64,000 bases of DNA, from the NCBI GenBank assembly GCA_022865485.1, contig JALHSZ010000025.1, forward strand, positions 2,865-66,864, read 5' to 3'. This stretch comes from Dehalococcoidales bacterium. Lineage in GTDB: Bacteria; Chloroflexota; Dehalococcoidia; Dehalococcoidales; BS750m-G39. Positions 46,580-58,300 of the stretch are shown here, one piece after another. The notes beneath the pieces are model-generated. The model saw nothing but the letters and a program-made list of their open reading frames with translations, was not told where the DNA came from and ran no database searches. The position numbers and the translations under genes were made by a program. The first letter of the stretch is position 1; the number at the start of each line of letters is the position of its first letter.

Positions 46580-47344
46580 CTACCCCCTTCCATCGATAAG
46601 CTTATTCATCAAATCGCCGATTGCCTTCACCGCCCGGGAACTATCGGGCAATGTAAGCAACGGCTTCATCTGAATGTCATAGTTAACCAGTTCTTCATCC
46701 AGAGGGATGGTGGCGGCGGGCTTTATCTCCAGCCTCTTCAGCTCCTCGGCAACCATAGGGTCGAGCCCGTCGGGGACCTGGTTGATAATCACCGACTGCC
46801 GCTTCACCACCAGCTTGAGCTCGTCAACCAGCTCGATGATGCGCGCTATAGCGCGCACCCCCTTCACGGTATGGTCGGATATCAGAAGTAGCTCATCGAC
46901 ATCCTGGGTAGTCCTCCGCGAAAGGTGCTCCATCCCCGCCTCGTTATCCATAACCATATAGGGATAGTTCCCCGAAAGGCTATCGGCGAACTTTCTCAGG
47001 ATAACATTGGGGTAACAGTAGCAATCAGGCCCCTCCCCCCTCCCCATGGTCACCAGGTCGAGCCCCTTGGCCTCGACGATAGCCTCGTTCAGCTTAAAGT
47101 CCAGGTAGGCTTCCTTGGTCATTCCGGGGGGAATGTTTATCTTCTCGTCGTTAAAAGAGGCGATGATGGCGCCGATTGTTTGTTTTATGTCAAGCCCTAA
47201 GCTCTCCCCCAGATTGGCGTTGGGGTCGGCATCGATAGCCAGGATCGGCCCCGCCCCTTTCTTCATCAGGTAGCGAATAACCAGACTGGCCAGCGACGTC
47301 TTGCCGCTGCCGCCCTTGCCAGCTACAGCGATATTAAAACTCAA
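46580..47344 (-). CDS. cooC: CooC/AcsF-family nickel-insertion ATPase
   Basis: Has the deviant Walker A motif AVAGKGGSGKTS and the CYCYP metal motif. Confidence 0.8.
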   Translation of the reverse strand: MSFNIAVAGKGGSGKTSLASLVIRYLMKKGAGPILAIDADPNANLGESLGLDIKQTIGAIIASFNDEKINIPPGMTKEAYLDFKLNEAIVEAKGLDLVTMGRGEGPDCYCYPNVILRKFADSLSGNYPYMVMDNEAGMEHLSRRTTQDVDELLLISDHTVKGVRAIARIIELVDELKLVVKRQSVIINQVPDGLDPMVAEELKRLEIKPAATIPLDEELVNYDIQMKPLLTLPDSSRAVKAIGDLMNKLIDGRG

Positions 47345-47359
47345 ACGGTTTTCCTCCGT

Positions 47360-49123
47360 CTAAAATAGTCCGGTGACCTTACCCGTGTTTACGTCGATAT
47401 CTACTTTTCTAAAGGCCGGGCTGGAGCTAGTCCCCGGCATCAGGGTGATGGTGCCGGCGCAGGGACAGAGGAACTTGGCTCCGGAGTAAATCAAAACGTC
47501 GCGGATGGGCAGCGTCCAGCCCTTGGGCACGCCCTTGATAGCCGGATCATGGGTGAGGCTCAGGTGGGTCTTCACCATCATGGTAGCGTAATCGTCGTAT
47601 TTGGAATCGGCTTCGAACATCTTGGCTTTGGCTTCCGCCTCGGGGGTCCAGGATACGCCGTCGGCGCCGTAAACCTCCTTAGCGATAGTAGCCACCCTAT
47701 TCCGCAGCTTCATTTCCTTCGGATAGAGGAACTTAAACTGATTCTCTTCCTCGCAGGCATCCTTAACGGCGTCGGCTAATTCCAGAGCGCCGTCGCCGCC
47801 GTCGGCCCAGTGCGTGGATACGGCGCAACGAGCGCCCGCGGCTTCCGCTGCTTTCTTCACCAGGGCTATCTCGGCCTTGGTGTCGGTGTGGAAGCAGTTA
47901 ATGCACACCACCGGGTTGATGCCCGACTTGCGGATAACCCCGATAAGGTGCAGCATATTGGGCAGCCCCTTCTCCAGAATCCCCAGGTCCTCTTTTGTAT
48001 AGGCTTCGGGTAGCGGAATGCCCGCTACCACCTTAGGACCGCCCCCATGCATCTTGAGAGCCCTGATAGTGGTGGTCAACACCGAAACGTGGGGTTTGAG
48101 ACCACTATAGCGGCATTTCACGTTCCAGAACTTCTCAAAGCCGATATCGGCGGCAAATCCACTCTCGGTAATGTGGTAATCGAACATCTTTAAGCCGATA
48201 CGGTCGGCGATAATCGAAGACTGCCCGACGGCGATATTAGCGAAAGGCCCGGCATGAACCATGCAGGGCTGGTATTCAGCGGTGCACATAAGGGTGGGGT
48301 TGATGGTATTGCGCATCCAAGCGGTCATAGCGCCGCCCACCTCCAGGTCGCCCGTGGTAATAGCTTTGCCCTTCTTATCGAAGGCAACGGTGATATTGTC
48401 CATTCTCTCCCGCATGTCGGCTAAGTCTCGCACGATAGAAAGCATAGCCATCAGCTCACTGCTTACGGCGATGCCGAACTTGGACTGCATGAGAAAGCCG
48501 TCCATACGCCCGCCTAGGCCGATGACGATGTTGCGCAAACTCTGGGCGCAAAAGTCTATAATCCAGCCCATCTCCACCCGCGCGGGGTCGATATCCAGGC
48601 GGCGCATGCCGGTAAGCCTGTCCAGCTGCTCGTCGTCGTAGTTGCGCTCGTGCTGCATCCGGGCGGTAAGCGCCACCATAGCCAGGTTATGGGCATTCAT
48701 AATGTCGTTGATGTCACCGGTAAGCCCCATGGAAAACTCGGTCATAGGGATAAGCAGGGCGTTGCCGCCCCCCGCCGCCGTGCCCTTGATGTTCATCGTG
48801 GGACCGCCCGAAGGCTGCCTCAGGGCGCCGCCGACATTCAGTCCCCGCTTGCCCAGGCCCTCCATAAGGCCGCAGGAGGTGGTGCTCTTCCCCTCCCCCA
48901 GCGGCGTGGGCGTTATCGCCGTTACCTCGATGTACTTGCCATCTTTCTTTTTCTTGAGGCGGTCGATAATCTTCATAAAGTCGAGCCGGCACAACCTGCC
49001 GAAGGGGATAATCTCGTCCTTCTGCAGGTTCAGCTTCTCCCGCCACTCGTCGGGGGTGGGCATTTTCTCCTCAGCCGCCTCCGAAATCTGCCAGTCTTTC
49101 ATTTTTACTGCATCGTAGGCCAC
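47360..49123 (-). CDS. fhs: Formate-tetrahydrofolate ligase
   Basis: Contains [12 protein letters not shown], is 587 aa, and starts at a GTG that follows AGGAGG. Confidence 0.95.
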   Translation of the reverse strand: MAYDAVKMKDWQISEAAEEKMPTPDEWREKLNLQKDEIIPFGRLCRLDFMKIIDRLKKKKDGKYIEVTAITPTPLGEGKSTTSCGLMEGLGKRGLNVGGALRQPSGGPTMNIKGTAAGGGNALLIPMTEFSMGLTGDINDIMNAHNLAMVALTARMQHERNYDDEQLDRLTGMRRLDIDPARVEMGWIIDFCAQSLRNIVIGLGGRMDGFLMQSKFGIAVSSELMAMLSIVRDLADMRERMDNITVAFDKKGKAITTGDLEVGGAMTAWMRNTINPTLMCTAEYQPCMVHAGPFANIAVGQSSIIADRIGLKMFDYHITESGFAADIGFEKFWNVKCRYSGLKPHVSVLTTTIRALKMHGGGPKVVAGIPLPEAYTKEDLGILEKGLPNMLHLIGVIRKSGINPVVCINCFHTDTKAEIALVKKAAEAAGARCAVSTHWADGGDGALELADAVKDACEEENQFKFLYPKEMKLRNRVATIAKEVYGADGVSWTPEAEAKAKMFEADSKYDDYATMMVKTHLSLTHDPAIKGVPKGWTLPIRDVLIYSGAKFLCPCAGTITLMPGTSSSPAFRKVDIDVNTGKVTGLF

Positions 49124-49164
49124 GGGAACCTCCTCTTTTTTATTATTTATATTATTATTTAGGG

Positions 49165-49953
49165 CTATTTTGTTTTCCCTGCCGCCTCAACGGCAGCCAG
49201 CAGGGCTTTATAGATATTCCTGACTTCGCCAGCCACCTTGGGGCTGGCATCGAGGATGGGGAGATTGGCCAGGTCGGCGTCAACCAGGGCCTGGTCGTAG
49301 GGGATAAAACCGAGGAACTTAAACTCGGGCAAGCTGGAGATTATGAATTCCTTCTCGGGTTGGCTGCGGACTTTGTTGGCCACAACGGCGATGTTGTGCA
49401 AGCCGATTTCCTGGGCGAGGGTGGCGATTCTACGGGCGGTTTCGATACTTCGTCTCCCTGGCTCAACGACTATAATCAATACATCTACCGCCTTGGCCGT
49501 GGCTCTACCCAGGTGCTCGACACCGGCCTCCATATCCAGGATAACGACTTCGTCTCTTCTCAGGAGCAGGTGGCTAATCAGCGCCTTCAACAGGGCGTTT
49601 TCGGGGCAGTAGCAGCCGGTGCCCCCCTGCTTCACCCGCCCCATTACCATTAATCTTATGCCGTTGTATTTTAGGGAATACTTCTCGGGCAAATCATCCA
49701 CCTTGGGATTCAGCTTGAAAAAGCTCGATGACTTACCCGCGGGCACGCCCGTGCGCTCCTCGATGAGCTCGCTCATCTCGGATATAGGGGTTATCTTCTC
49801 GGCATGGGGAAAACCGAGGGTGGCCGCCAGATTGGCATCAGGGTCGGCATCGATGGCTAAAACACCGTAGCTAGCCTCAGCGAAAGTTCGGGAAAGGAGA
49901 GAGGCTAACATAGTCTTCCCCACTCCGCCCTTACCGCTTATAGCAATCTTCAT
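49165..49953 (-). CDS. cooC: CooC-family nickel-insertion ATPase (second paralog)
   Basis: Contains [14 protein letters not shown] and GCYCPEN. I moved the start to ATG 49953. Confidence 0.8.
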   Translation of the reverse strand: MKIAISGKGGVGKTMLASLLSRTFAEASYGVLAIDADPDANLAATLGFPHAEKITPISEMSELIEERTGVPAGKSSSFFKLNPKVDDLPEKYSLKYNGIRLMVMGRVKQGGTGCYCPENALLKALISHLLLRRDEVVILDMEAGVEHLGRATAKAVDVLIIVVEPGRRSIETARRIATLAQEIGLHNIAVVANKVRSQPEKEFIISSLPEFKFLGFIPYDQALVDADLANLPILDASPKVAGEVRNIYKALLAAVEAAGKTK

Positions 49954-50045
49954 AAAAACCTTGTTTTTACCACAATAAAGCTGAGACTTTAGGGGGAAAG
50001 TTCTCAGCTCCAACCGCCAGTATTATCGGGTAATGCCCAGACTTT

Positions 50046-50074
50046 AGTTTAGCCCACTGCGAAATAGAAGTCAA
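50046..50074 (-). promoter_or_regulatory. Sigma70-like promoter at the head of the Wood-Ljungdahl gene string
   Basis: On the minus strand: TTGACT, a 17-nt spacer, then TAAACT. The -35 element is part of a 7-bp inverted repeat, AAGTCAA...TTGACTT. Confidence 0.45.
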
Positions 50075-50186
50075 GCAAATTGTCGCCTGAAATGTGTGAT
50101 TTGACTTAGGTTAATTTACCTGTGAAAGGTGTAGACGAGCGGGTCTAATCGGTTAAGTGACTATAAGAGTAGTGCCAGCCCCCCGA

Positions 50187-50702
50187 CTAGCTCTTTCTCA
50201 CCTGGTATCTAATGATAGTCTTCATCACTTTAGCGTCGGGTTTGGTCAGGTATTCTTCTTCATGCACGCCGGCTATCCGGTAACCACTGTCTTCAATGAA
50301 GCTATGCAGGCGCTCAACAGTGGGTTTTTCCTGGTCATAAGCGCCAAGGTGAAGAATCTGGGCTACAGTGCCATATTCCCAGGTCTCAAGCTTGACCTCT
50401 ATTGCGGGAACCTTCTGCGGTAAAGAGGTGGTGTCTTCAGGAACAGGTATGCCAGTGATGATAGTCCATTGTTCCATAGGGACAAGAAGGCCATCGGGGT
50501 AGCGGCTGCGGGGGGCGCTGACTTTGAAGATGGGCAATCCCTTCTTCTTGAGGTCAAACTTTAGAGTATAAACCGAGCCGAAGAGCGCCGGAAAAACCTC
50601 AGAGAATACCTTGTCCGGCCGGCCTTTACCGTAGACCACCGCCATCTTTTGCACCGGCATTTCCACTATCTGGGGCTCCGTCTTAGATGATTTCGCTACC
50701 AT
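50187..50702 (-). CDS. GyrI-like small-molecule-binding domain protein
   Basis: Has the GyrI-like pattern: MAVVYGKG, LHLGAYD, and EEYLTKP near the C-terminus. Confidence 0.55.
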   Translation of the reverse strand: MVAKSSKTEPQIVEMPVQKMAVVYGKGRPDKVFSEVFPALFGSVYTLKFDLKKKGLPIFKVSAPRSRYPDGLLVPMEQWTIITGIPVPEDTTSLPQKVPAIEVKLETWEYGTVAQILHLGAYDQEKPTVERLHSFIEDSGYRIAGVHEEEYLTKPDAKVMKTIIRYQVRKS

Positions 50703-50738
50703 GATATCCTCCTTCTTTCAGGCAAGTCTTGGCTCGCC

Positions 50739-51989
50739 TTACAAGCCTGTCCTCTGCTCCTGTATCAGCCTCTCCCCGTATTCGAGCAAAACCTTGGCCC
50801 GCTCCGAGGGCACCTTCTTCGATTCCAGGTAGGCTTTAAGGGCTTGGGCAGGGGTAATCTCCTCCGCCGTCCCCCCCTCCCCCAACCTCACCCGCGTCTC
50901 CCGCCTGATTTCCTTGGCGATGGTGAAATAATGAGCCTCGCGCAAAGCGTTCCTGATGTCGCTATCCCTGAGCTGCCCTTCTAGCTCGGCGGATAGGCTG
51001 ACCTGAAGCCGCACGATGGCGTCTTTGATATTGTCCTCCTGCTCGGCGATAGCTCTAAGCACGGTAGCCGTCGGCTCGATATCCTCTGGCTCAATCTTAA
51101 CGCTGACGGTGACGAATCGGCGCCCGTCCAGCGGGTGAAAATCGAAGCTGACCTTTCTCCTTCCGCCTTCTTTATCCGGCCCAATATCAACGATGTAAAA
51201 ACCCTTTTCATCCTCCACCTCGCCGAAATCCAGCCGTTCCAAGCTGCCGGCATAAACCACAGGCGGGTTCTCGTTCAAGAGCTGGTGCTTGTGAATATGC
51301 CCCAGGGCGATATAGTCGAAGGCAGGATGAATAACATTGCTCACCAGCAGGGCGTGCTCCTGCCCGATGGTCATGGAGCTCTCCGAGCCTACCTTAGCCC
51401 CAGTAACCCAGACGTGCGCCGCCAGCACGGCGGGCAGTTCGGGGTCGAGCTCCTCGGCTTTAGTGGCGATAACCTCGGTCATCACTTCCTGCAACCTCTG
51501 GTTTATCTGCTCGAAGGTGAGGTTCTTGGTATCCTCTTTAGTTAACAGGGCGCTACGCCTCAGCCAGGGCAAAGAGACGACCTGAACTATGCCGCTGGGC
51601 GTCGGGATGCGGTAGACCCCGGGGCGGTTGGAGACATAGACGTTTTTTACCGTCAGGGTGTCGAAGATTTCGGTGGTGGTGGCCTTGCCGATAGCGTTAG
51701 GCAGGTCGTGGTTGCCGATTAGGAGGAAGATGGGAATGCCGCTGGTGGAAAGACGGTTAATCCTCCTGGCAAACTCCCGCTGTTGGGTCTGGGTAGGCTC
51801 GCGGCTCTTGTAGGCGTCGCCGCAGAAAAGGACGAGGTCAACCTTATTCTCGATAGCGTAGTCCACCACCCGGTCGAGCGCTTTCAGGAAATCGCCCATC
51901 CGCGAGGATAAGCCGGTAGTCGGGTCGATACGCCCGTAGGTCTCAACACCAAGGTGCAGGTCGGCAAAATGGAGGATTTTCAACCCCAT
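50739..51989 (-). CDS. sbcD: SbcD/Mre11-family nuclease
   Basis: Contains ILHFADLHLG, GDAYKS, GNHD and GHIH. No adjacent SbcC/Rad50 ATPase gene is present. Confidence 0.8.
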   Translation of the reverse strand: MGLKILHFADLHLGVETYGRIDPTTGLSSRMGDFLKALDRVVDYAIENKVDLVLFCGDAYKSREPTQTQQREFARRINRLSTSGIPIFLLIGNHDLPNAIGKATTTEIFDTLTVKNVYVSNRPGVYRIPTPSGIVQVVSLPWLRRSALLTKEDTKNLTFEQINQRLQEVMTEVIATKAEELDPELPAVLAAHVWVTGAKVGSESSMTIGQEHALLVSNVIHPAFDYIALGHIHKHQLLNENPPVVYAGSLERLDFGEVEDEKGFYIVDIGPDKEGGRRKVSFDFHPLDGRRFVTVSVKIEPEDIEPTATVLRAIAEQEDNIKDAIVRLQVSLSAELEGQLRDSDIRNALREAHYFTIAKEIRRETRVRLGEGGTAEEITPAQALKAYLESKKVPSERAKVLLEYGERLIQEQRTGL

Positions 51990-51994
51990 CCCCC

Positions 51995-53869
51995 CTATTC
52001 TTTAGACCCCTTTGTCCCCTCTTTCCATATCTTCCCCCCCGGGGGCAAAACGAAGAGGTCTTCCCCATCCAGCTTGGTTTGAAGGGTGTTCTTTAAGCTC
52101 TCGATGGGCACTCGTATCTGTCTCAGGCTGTCGCGCTCCCTGATGGTGACCTGCCTGTCCTCTAATGATTGGAAGTCGATGGTGACGCAGAAGGGGGTGC
52201 CAATCTCGTCCTGTCGGCGGTAACGCCGCCCGATTGACTGGACTTCGTCATATTGCACCATCCAATGCTGGCGTAGCTCGGCGTAAACCTCTTTGGCCAA
52301 TGGCGTCAGCGTCTCCTTGCGGCTCAGGGGCAAAACCGCTACCTTGATGGGGGCTATAGAGGGGTGGAAATGGAGCAATACTCTGGACTCGCCGTCGGCG
52401 ACGTCTTCGTCATAGGCGTCGCAGAGTAAAGCCAGGGCAGTACGGTCGACCCCCGCCGAGGGCTCGATGATATAGGGGACGATATGCTCCTTGCTCTCTT
52501 CGTCGTAATAGCTTAAGTTCTTGCCGCTGGACTTGGCGTGCTGCACCAGGTCGAAGTCGCCGCGATTGGCAATTCCCTCCATCTCCGCCCAGCCCATCGG
52601 ATAGAGGTAGTTGATATCGTAGCACTCCCGTGCGTAGTGCGCCAGCTCCTCTTTAGCGTGCTGGCGCAGCTTCAGGTTCTCCTTTTTGATGCCCAGGCTC
52701 ACGTACCATTTCAGGCGCTCCTCGACCCAGTAGTCGAACCACTGCTTATCCGTGCCCGGTTTGACGAAAAACTCTATCTCCATTTGCTCGAACTCGCGGC
52801 AGCGGAAGATAAAGTTGCCCGTGGTAACCTCGTTGCGGAAGGACTTGCCTATCTGGGCGATGCCGAAGGGCAGCCGTTTTCGGGTGGTATTGAGCACGTT
52901 CTCGAAGTTGACGAACATGCCCTGCGCCGTCTCCGGGCGCAGATAGACCACGCTGGCTTCGTCCTCGATGGGCCCGATAAAGGTCTTGAACATCAGGTTG
53001 AAGAGGCGGGGTTCGGTCAACTCGCCGCCGCAGTCGGGGCACTTATCGCCCTCCAGCTCGTCGCTGCGCCACCTCTTGTGGCAGCTCTTGCAATCAACCA
53101 GCGGGTCGCTAAACCCCTCGACATGCCCGCTGGCTTCCCAGGTCTGAGGGTGCATCAGGATGCTGGTATCAAGACCCACCATGTCGTCACGCCGCTGCAC
53201 CACCGCCCGCCACCACGCCTGCTTTATGTTACGCTTTAGCTCCACCCCCAGCGGCCCATAGTCCCAGCAGCTGGACAAGCCGCCGTAGATTTCACTGCTG
53301 GGGAAGATAAAGCCGCGCCGACGGCAGAGGGAAACCAGCTTCTCCATATCAACCTGGCTTGACTTGGCTTCAGTCACTATCACTCCTTGCTGGTTACGCC
53401 CGCCCCACTCCCACCTTATCGCCCGGACAAAGACCACCCCGATAATAATACCCCCCGCCACCATAAAGGCCAGGGCAAATATCCACAAGGGCGGCAGGTG
53501 AATACGGTATGCATTGTAAACAAAAATATCGGCTATTGCAAAGCCGAAAACAATCTGGGGCAGGGCTATCATATTACCCATAAGGGCGACGATAGTCCTG
53601 GGGTTAGCCCTTGTCCCCTCTCTCGACCAGAAGCGGCTGGCGAGGCGGGTCATCACCCAGGCGAGAATCAGCGCCACCAGCGTCAGTAGTAACTGGGGCA
53701 GCAGGGCCAGGACCATGGTCATCAGGGGGCTGAGCCAGCCGTCGGGCGTGCCGTTCTCGAAGTGGACGGCGACCTCGGCGGGCAGCAGGTGATAAAAATA
53801 GGCGGATAAGCCTACCACCAGGAGAAAAACGACCAGTGGGACGGCGGCATAGCTCCAGCGGAAGGACAA
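51995..53869 (-). CDS. glyQS: Glycine-tRNA ligase (alpha2 type) with an in-frame N-terminal DUF1648-like membrane domain of about 174 aa and four TM helices
   Basis: The GlyRS core starts at [23 protein letters not shown] (ATG 53347). The same frame stays open upstream to TTG 53869. That upstream part has hydrophobic helices and [17 protein letters not shown]. Confidence 0.85.
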   Translation of the reverse strand: MSFRWSYAAVPLVVFLLVVGLSAYFYHLLPAEVAVHFENGTPDGWLSPLMTMVLALLPQLLLTLVALILAWVMTRLASRFWSREGTRANPRTIVALMGNMIALPQIVFGFAIADIFVYNAYRIHLPPLWIFALAFMVAGGIIIGVVFVRAIRWEWGGRNQQGVIVTEAKSSQVDMEKLVSLCRRRGFIFPSSEIYGGLSSCWDYGPLGVELKRNIKQAWWRAVVQRRDDMVGLDTSILMHPQTWEASGHVEGFSDPLVDCKSCHKRWRSDELEGDKCPDCGGELTEPRLFNLMFKTFIGPIEDEASVVYLRPETAQGMFVNFENVLNTTRKRLPFGIAQIGKSFRNEVTTGNFIFRCREFEQMEIEFFVKPGTDKQWFDYWVEERLKWYVSLGIKKENLKLRQHAKEELAHYARECYDINYLYPMGWAEMEGIANRGDFDLVQHAKSSGKNLSYYDEESKEHIVPYIIEPSAGVDRTALALLCDAYDEDVADGESRVLLHFHPSIAPIKVAVLPLSRKETLTPLAKEVYAELRQHWMVQYDEVQSIGRRYRRQDEIGTPFCVTIDFQSLEDRQVTIRERDSLRQIRVPIESLKNTLQTKLDGEDLFVLPPGGKIWKEGTKGSKE

Positions 53870-53906
53870 CCCTTCTTTGGTAGTTATTTTCTTACCCTCG
53901 AGCAGA

Positions 53907-54773
53907 CTAGAGATAGGGGGCTAACACCCTCATCGGCGATACGATATTGCCCGATAAAGCCAGCTCATTGGCGGGAATCCCCATAGCGACCCCGATCAAC
54001 TGGGTAACGAAGAGCACGGGGATGTTGTAGTGGGTCTTGAACTGGCTGTTGACCACGCTCTGATAGGCGTCGAGGTTAATCTGGCATAAGGGACAGGGGG
54101 TAATCAGGCACTCCGCCCCGTGCTCGGTGGCATTCTTAAGCAGCTTATTGACCAGCCCCAGGGCAACCTCCTGCTCGGGCATAACCAGCGAGCTGCCGCA
54201 GCAGCGCGCCTTCATCTCCCAGTTGACGGCGTCGGCACCCAGGCTGGTGATAATCTCGTCCAGCGAATGGGGGGACTCGGGGTCGTCGAAGCCGTCGGGG
54301 CGCACCAGCTGGCAGCCGTAGTAAGCGCCCACCTTCAGCCCCTTGAGCGGCTTGGTTACTTTGGCAGAAATGCCATCGGGGGTAATATCGGTATAAAGGA
54401 CTTCGGCAAGGTGGCGTACTCGGACACCGCCGTTGTATTTCATCTTGCCCGCCGCCAGCGCCTTGTCCACCTTCTCCTTGAAGTAGGGCAGCTTTTTGAG
54501 GTAGTTATTGGTCTCGTGCAGGATGACAAAACAGTTGGAGCACGGCGTCACCAGGTCAAAGCCCCTCTTCTCGGCCAGCGCCAGGTTGCGGGTAGCCATA
54601 GCCGCCGCCTCCAGCTTATCCACCGACCAGTAGGGCGTGGAACCGCAGCAGTTCCAGTCTTCGAGCTCGGCCAGTTCCATGTCCAGCTTCTTGGCTACCG
54701 GAGCCACCGAAACGCCCAGGGGAGAGGCCGTCGCCTCCGCCGAACAACCGGGGTAGTAGCTATAGTATTTCAT
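53907..54773 (-). CDS. hdrB: Heterodisulfide reductase subunit B-like (two CCG domains)
   Basis: Contains YYPGCS, NCCGS and RCCGS. Confidence 0.8.
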   Translation of the reverse strand: MKYYSYYPGCSAEATASPLGVSVAPVAKKLDMELAELEDWNCCGSTPYWSVDKLEAAAMATRNLALAEKRGFDLVTPCSNCFVILHETNNYLKKLPYFKEKVDKALAAGKMKYNGGVRVRHLAEVLYTDITPDGISAKVTKPLKGLKVGAYYGCQLVRPDGFDDPESPHSLDEIITSLGADAVNWEMKARCCGSSLVMPEQEVALGLVNKLLKNATEHGAECLITPCPLCQINLDAYQSVVNSQFKTHYNIPVLFVTQLIGVAMGIPANELALSGNIVSPMRVLAPYL

Positions 54774-55345
54774 TTGGCACCTCCCAGTTCCCTGGCTTTA
54801 TTCAAGATGGCTTTGAGCTCGCCCATTCCCTTGATTCGGCTCGGCTTAAGCGGCAACCGCTTATGGAAAAACAAGCCCAACCCCACCGGTGCCAGCTTGA
54901 GGGCAGCAAAGGGGTTGGTCTTCAGGAAAAGCTTAATCATCATCCCCAGCTCATAGACCCGCCCGTTACCCCGGGCGGAATCGACGAAGCAGCGGTACAT
55001 AGTCGGCGTTTTGCTCCGCTTGGTGCTCTTGCCGCTGCGGATGGCGATAATCTCCAGCGCGTGCATGATGTCGGCGGGCTTAATATCCCGCGGGCAGCGT
55101 ACCGTGCAGGAATAGCAGGAGACGCAGAACCACATGGAGTTACTGGATAGCAGTTCGTCCCTTAGGCCCGCTCTCACCATGGCGATAACCCGTCGCGGCG
55201 GGTAATCCCACTGGTTAGCGGTAGGACAGGAGCCAGTGCACACCCCACACTGAATACAGGAACGAATCGCCTCGCCGCCCGGAATGGCGCAGACCTCGTT
55301 AATAAAGCTCACGTCGGCGAGATCTTTGACCATTGTCTCAGCCAT
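54770..55345 (-). CDS. hdrC: Heterodisulfide reductase subunit C-like
   Basis: Contains CIQCGVCTGSCP and CVSCYSCTVRCP. Confidence 0.8.
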   Translation of the reverse strand: MAETMVKDLADVSFINEVCAIPGGEAIRSCIQCGVCTGSCPTANQWDYPPRRVIAMVRAGLRDELLSSNSMWFCVSCYSCTVRCPRDIKPADIMHALEIIAIRSGKSTKRSKTPTMYRCFVDSARGNGRVYELGMMIKLFLKTNPFAALKLAPVGLGLFFHKRLPLKPSRIKGMGELKAILNKARELGGAK

Positions 55346-55381
55346 TTAGACGCCTCCTTTTCTCTATGTCCTAAGGCTGGT

Positions 55382-58300
55382 TTATACCAGTGCCCCTTCT
55401 ATCTCAGCCAAAAGTTCTTCGGCGGTAAAGTGTTTGCCCTTAATGGCGCCGCTGGGACAGGCGGCGACGCAGACGCCGCAGCCCTTGCAAAGCGTTTCGT
55501 TGATTCGGCTCACCTGCTTCTCGTCGTCAAAGGAAATGGCGTGGAACGGGCAAAGGTCGGAGCAGGTCTTACAACCGGAGCAAAGCTCCTCGTTGACCTC
55601 GGCGGTAGTCGCCTCAATCTCTATTGAGCCAGCGCTAATCATAGCCAGGGCCCGGGCCGCCGCCGCCGAAGCCTGCGCCACGCTGTTAGGAATATCCTTG
55701 GGCGACTGGCAGCAGCCGACAACGAAAATGCCGTCGCTCATGGTAGCCACCGGGTCAAGCTTGGGGTGCTTCTCCAGGAAGAAGCCGTCGGCGCTGCGAC
55801 TGATGGAAAAGAGCCTCCCCACCTCTTCGGCGTCCGCCCTCGGTTGAAGAGCCGTGCTCAACACCACCATATCCACCGGAACGCGGCGCTGACGCCCGAT
55901 AAGGGTATCCTCGCCGACGATAATCAGCTTGCCTTCCTCTTCCGGAGTCTCGGCAATGTCGGTTACCTCGCCGGGACGCCCGCGGATGAACATCGTCCCC
56001 TCGTCGAGGACGCGGTTGTAGAACTCCTCGAAGGCTTTGCCCACGCACCTGAGGTCGATATAGAACTCATAGACCTGGGTTCCGGGCACGTGCTCCCTTA
56101 TCAGGTGACTCAACTTCATGGAGTACATACAGCACACCTGCGAGCAATACTCGTGGTACTTCGTATCCCGGCTGCCCACGCAGTGGATAATGCCCACCGT
56201 CTTGGGATGGGAGCCATCCTTAAGCCACACCTCCCCTGCCGTCGGGCCCGAGGCGTTAATCATCCTCTCGAACTCGAGGGCGGTGAGCACGTTATCCAGC
56301 CGCCCGTAGCCGTACTGGTAAAGCGGAGTCGGGTCAAAGGCATCGTAGCCGGTGGCGAGGATGATATTGCCCACCTCCACCTCTATCGTCTCCTCTTTCA
56401 TATCCTGGTTGATGGCTCCGACCTGGCACGCCTTGACGCACTCCATACACTCCGAGCAAACGCCGCAGTTCAGGCAGCGCTTAGCTTCCTCAATAGCCGC
56501 CTTCTCGTCGAAGCCCAGCTCAACCTCGGCAAAGCCTCCCCGCTTATTCACGTCCAGGGTGGGCATATCCTGCCTCAGCTTGGCCTGCACCCCCTCTTTG
56601 GGTATGTCTTTTACCCTCTCCCTCGGAATGGGCCGGCCCTCTTTCAGGTCAACACCCCTCAGGTGACGGTCTATAGAGATGGCAGCTTCCTTACCGGCAG
56701 CGACAGCGGCGATAACGTCGGAAGGTCCCGAAACCACATCCCCACCGGCAAAAACACCTTCGATATTGGTCTGCAGGGTGGTGGAGTCAACGACTACCGT
56801 CCCCCACCCCGTGTACTCCAGCTCCTCGGGCAGCATTTCTTTATCGACACCCTGCCCCACGGCGAAGATGACGCTATCCACGCCCATCTCGAACTCGGAG
56901 CCCTTAAGTGGCACCGGGCGCCGCCGTCCGCTCTCATCGGGCTCGCCCAGCTCCATCTTGATACACTTTATACCGGTCACCTTATTACCCTTGGCGATAA
57001 CCTCAACCGGTACCGCCAGGATGTGCAGCTTCACGCCTTCCTTTTCGGCTTCATCAATCTCGCTGCTGACGGCGGGCATTTCCGCCCGCGAGCGCCGATA
57101 AACGACAGAAACCTCTTTGGCTCCCAGTCGCTTGGCGACTCTGGCTGCATCTATAGCGGCGTTACCGCCGCCGATAACGGCCACCCGCTCCCCGAGACTG
57201 ACCTTGGTTCCCGAATTAACCTTGTTCAGGAAATCGAGGGCATGAAGCACGCCCTTGGCGTCCTCATTGGGGATACCCATCTTCTGGCTTACCCAGGCGC
57301 CGGCCGCCAGGAATATCGCCTGATAGCCCTGGTTAAAGACATCCTCGAACTTCTTCACCGGGCTATTGGTCTTTATCTCCACCCCCAGCTCCTCCAGGTA
57401 GCTGATTTCATTATCCAGCACCTTATCGGGCAGGCGGTATTCAGGGATGCCGTAACGCAGCAGCCCGCCCGTCTTGGGAGCAGCCTCGAAAACGGTAACC
57501 GTGTAGCCTTCCCTTATCAGGTCGTAGGCGCAGGCTAAGCCCGCCGGACCCGAGCCGATAACGGCCACCTTATCTTCTTTAGTCCTCTCCACCGGGGTGG
57601 CTTTCTCCCGCCCCACGTTCAGCTCGTAGTCGGCCATAAAACGCTTCAGCGAGCGGATGGAAACCGGCTCATCAATCTTGCCCCGTTCGCAGTCCCTTTC
57701 GCAGGGATGGGTGCAGACGCGTCCGCAAACGCCGGCAAAGGGCATAGTCCGCCGCAGCACTCCAAGCGCTTCCTTGAACTTGCCCTGTGAAATAAGGGCG
57801 ACATACCCCTGGGCATTAACTCCCGCTGGGCAGGCAACCCGGCAGGGCGGCAAGCCCCGCTTATCGATAGTAAAGGCGTTGGGCACAGCCTGGGGGAAGG
57901 GGCGGTAAACCGCCTTCCTCTGGCCCAAGCCCAGGTCAAACTCGTTAGGTACCGTAACCGGGCAGACGGCAGAGCACTCGCCGCAGCCGGTGCACTTGTC
58001 CACGTCCACGTACCGGGCTTTCTTGGTTATCTTGGCCTTGAAATTGCCCACGTAGCCCTCGACGCTAGTCACCTCGCTGTAGGACATCAGCTCGATATAG
58101 TGGTGCGCCCCTACCAGGCTCATCTTGGGAGTGAGAATGCAGGCGGAACAGTCCAGGGTGGGGAAGGTCTTGTCCAGTTGTATCATGTGCCCACCGACGC
58201 TCGGCTCCTTCTCCACCAGATAGACTTTGTGCTTGGAATCGGCAATCTCCAGGGCAGCCTGGATGCCGGCCACCCCACCCCCCACCACCAGGGTATTGGG

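Noticed and set aside
46580-49953. Two CooC-family ATPase genes in one operon, considered as a possible anomaly.
   Set aside because: Separate CooC-type maturases for the CODH C-cluster and the ACS A-cluster (AcsF) are a known arrangement in acs clusters.
50739-51989. sbcD without an adjacent sbcC/rad50 gene.
   Set aside because: The partner ATPase may be encoded elsewhere in the genome. Its absence from a 64-kb window is not evidence of an orphan system.
55766-57538. A 590-aa plus-strand ORF, together with similar long ORFs at 23773-24765, 42580-43788, 40496-41320, 54120-54956, 52538-53239, 58976-59755 and 60717-61478.
   Set aside because: All lie antisense to confidently recognised genes (hdrA, miaA, cooS, acsB, hdrB/C, glyQS, translin/thiE, yraN/PNPOx). 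Their translations are low-complexity and rich in Arg, Gly, Ala, Leu and His, as expected for shadow frames in roughly 60% GC DNA. None has a recognisable motif.
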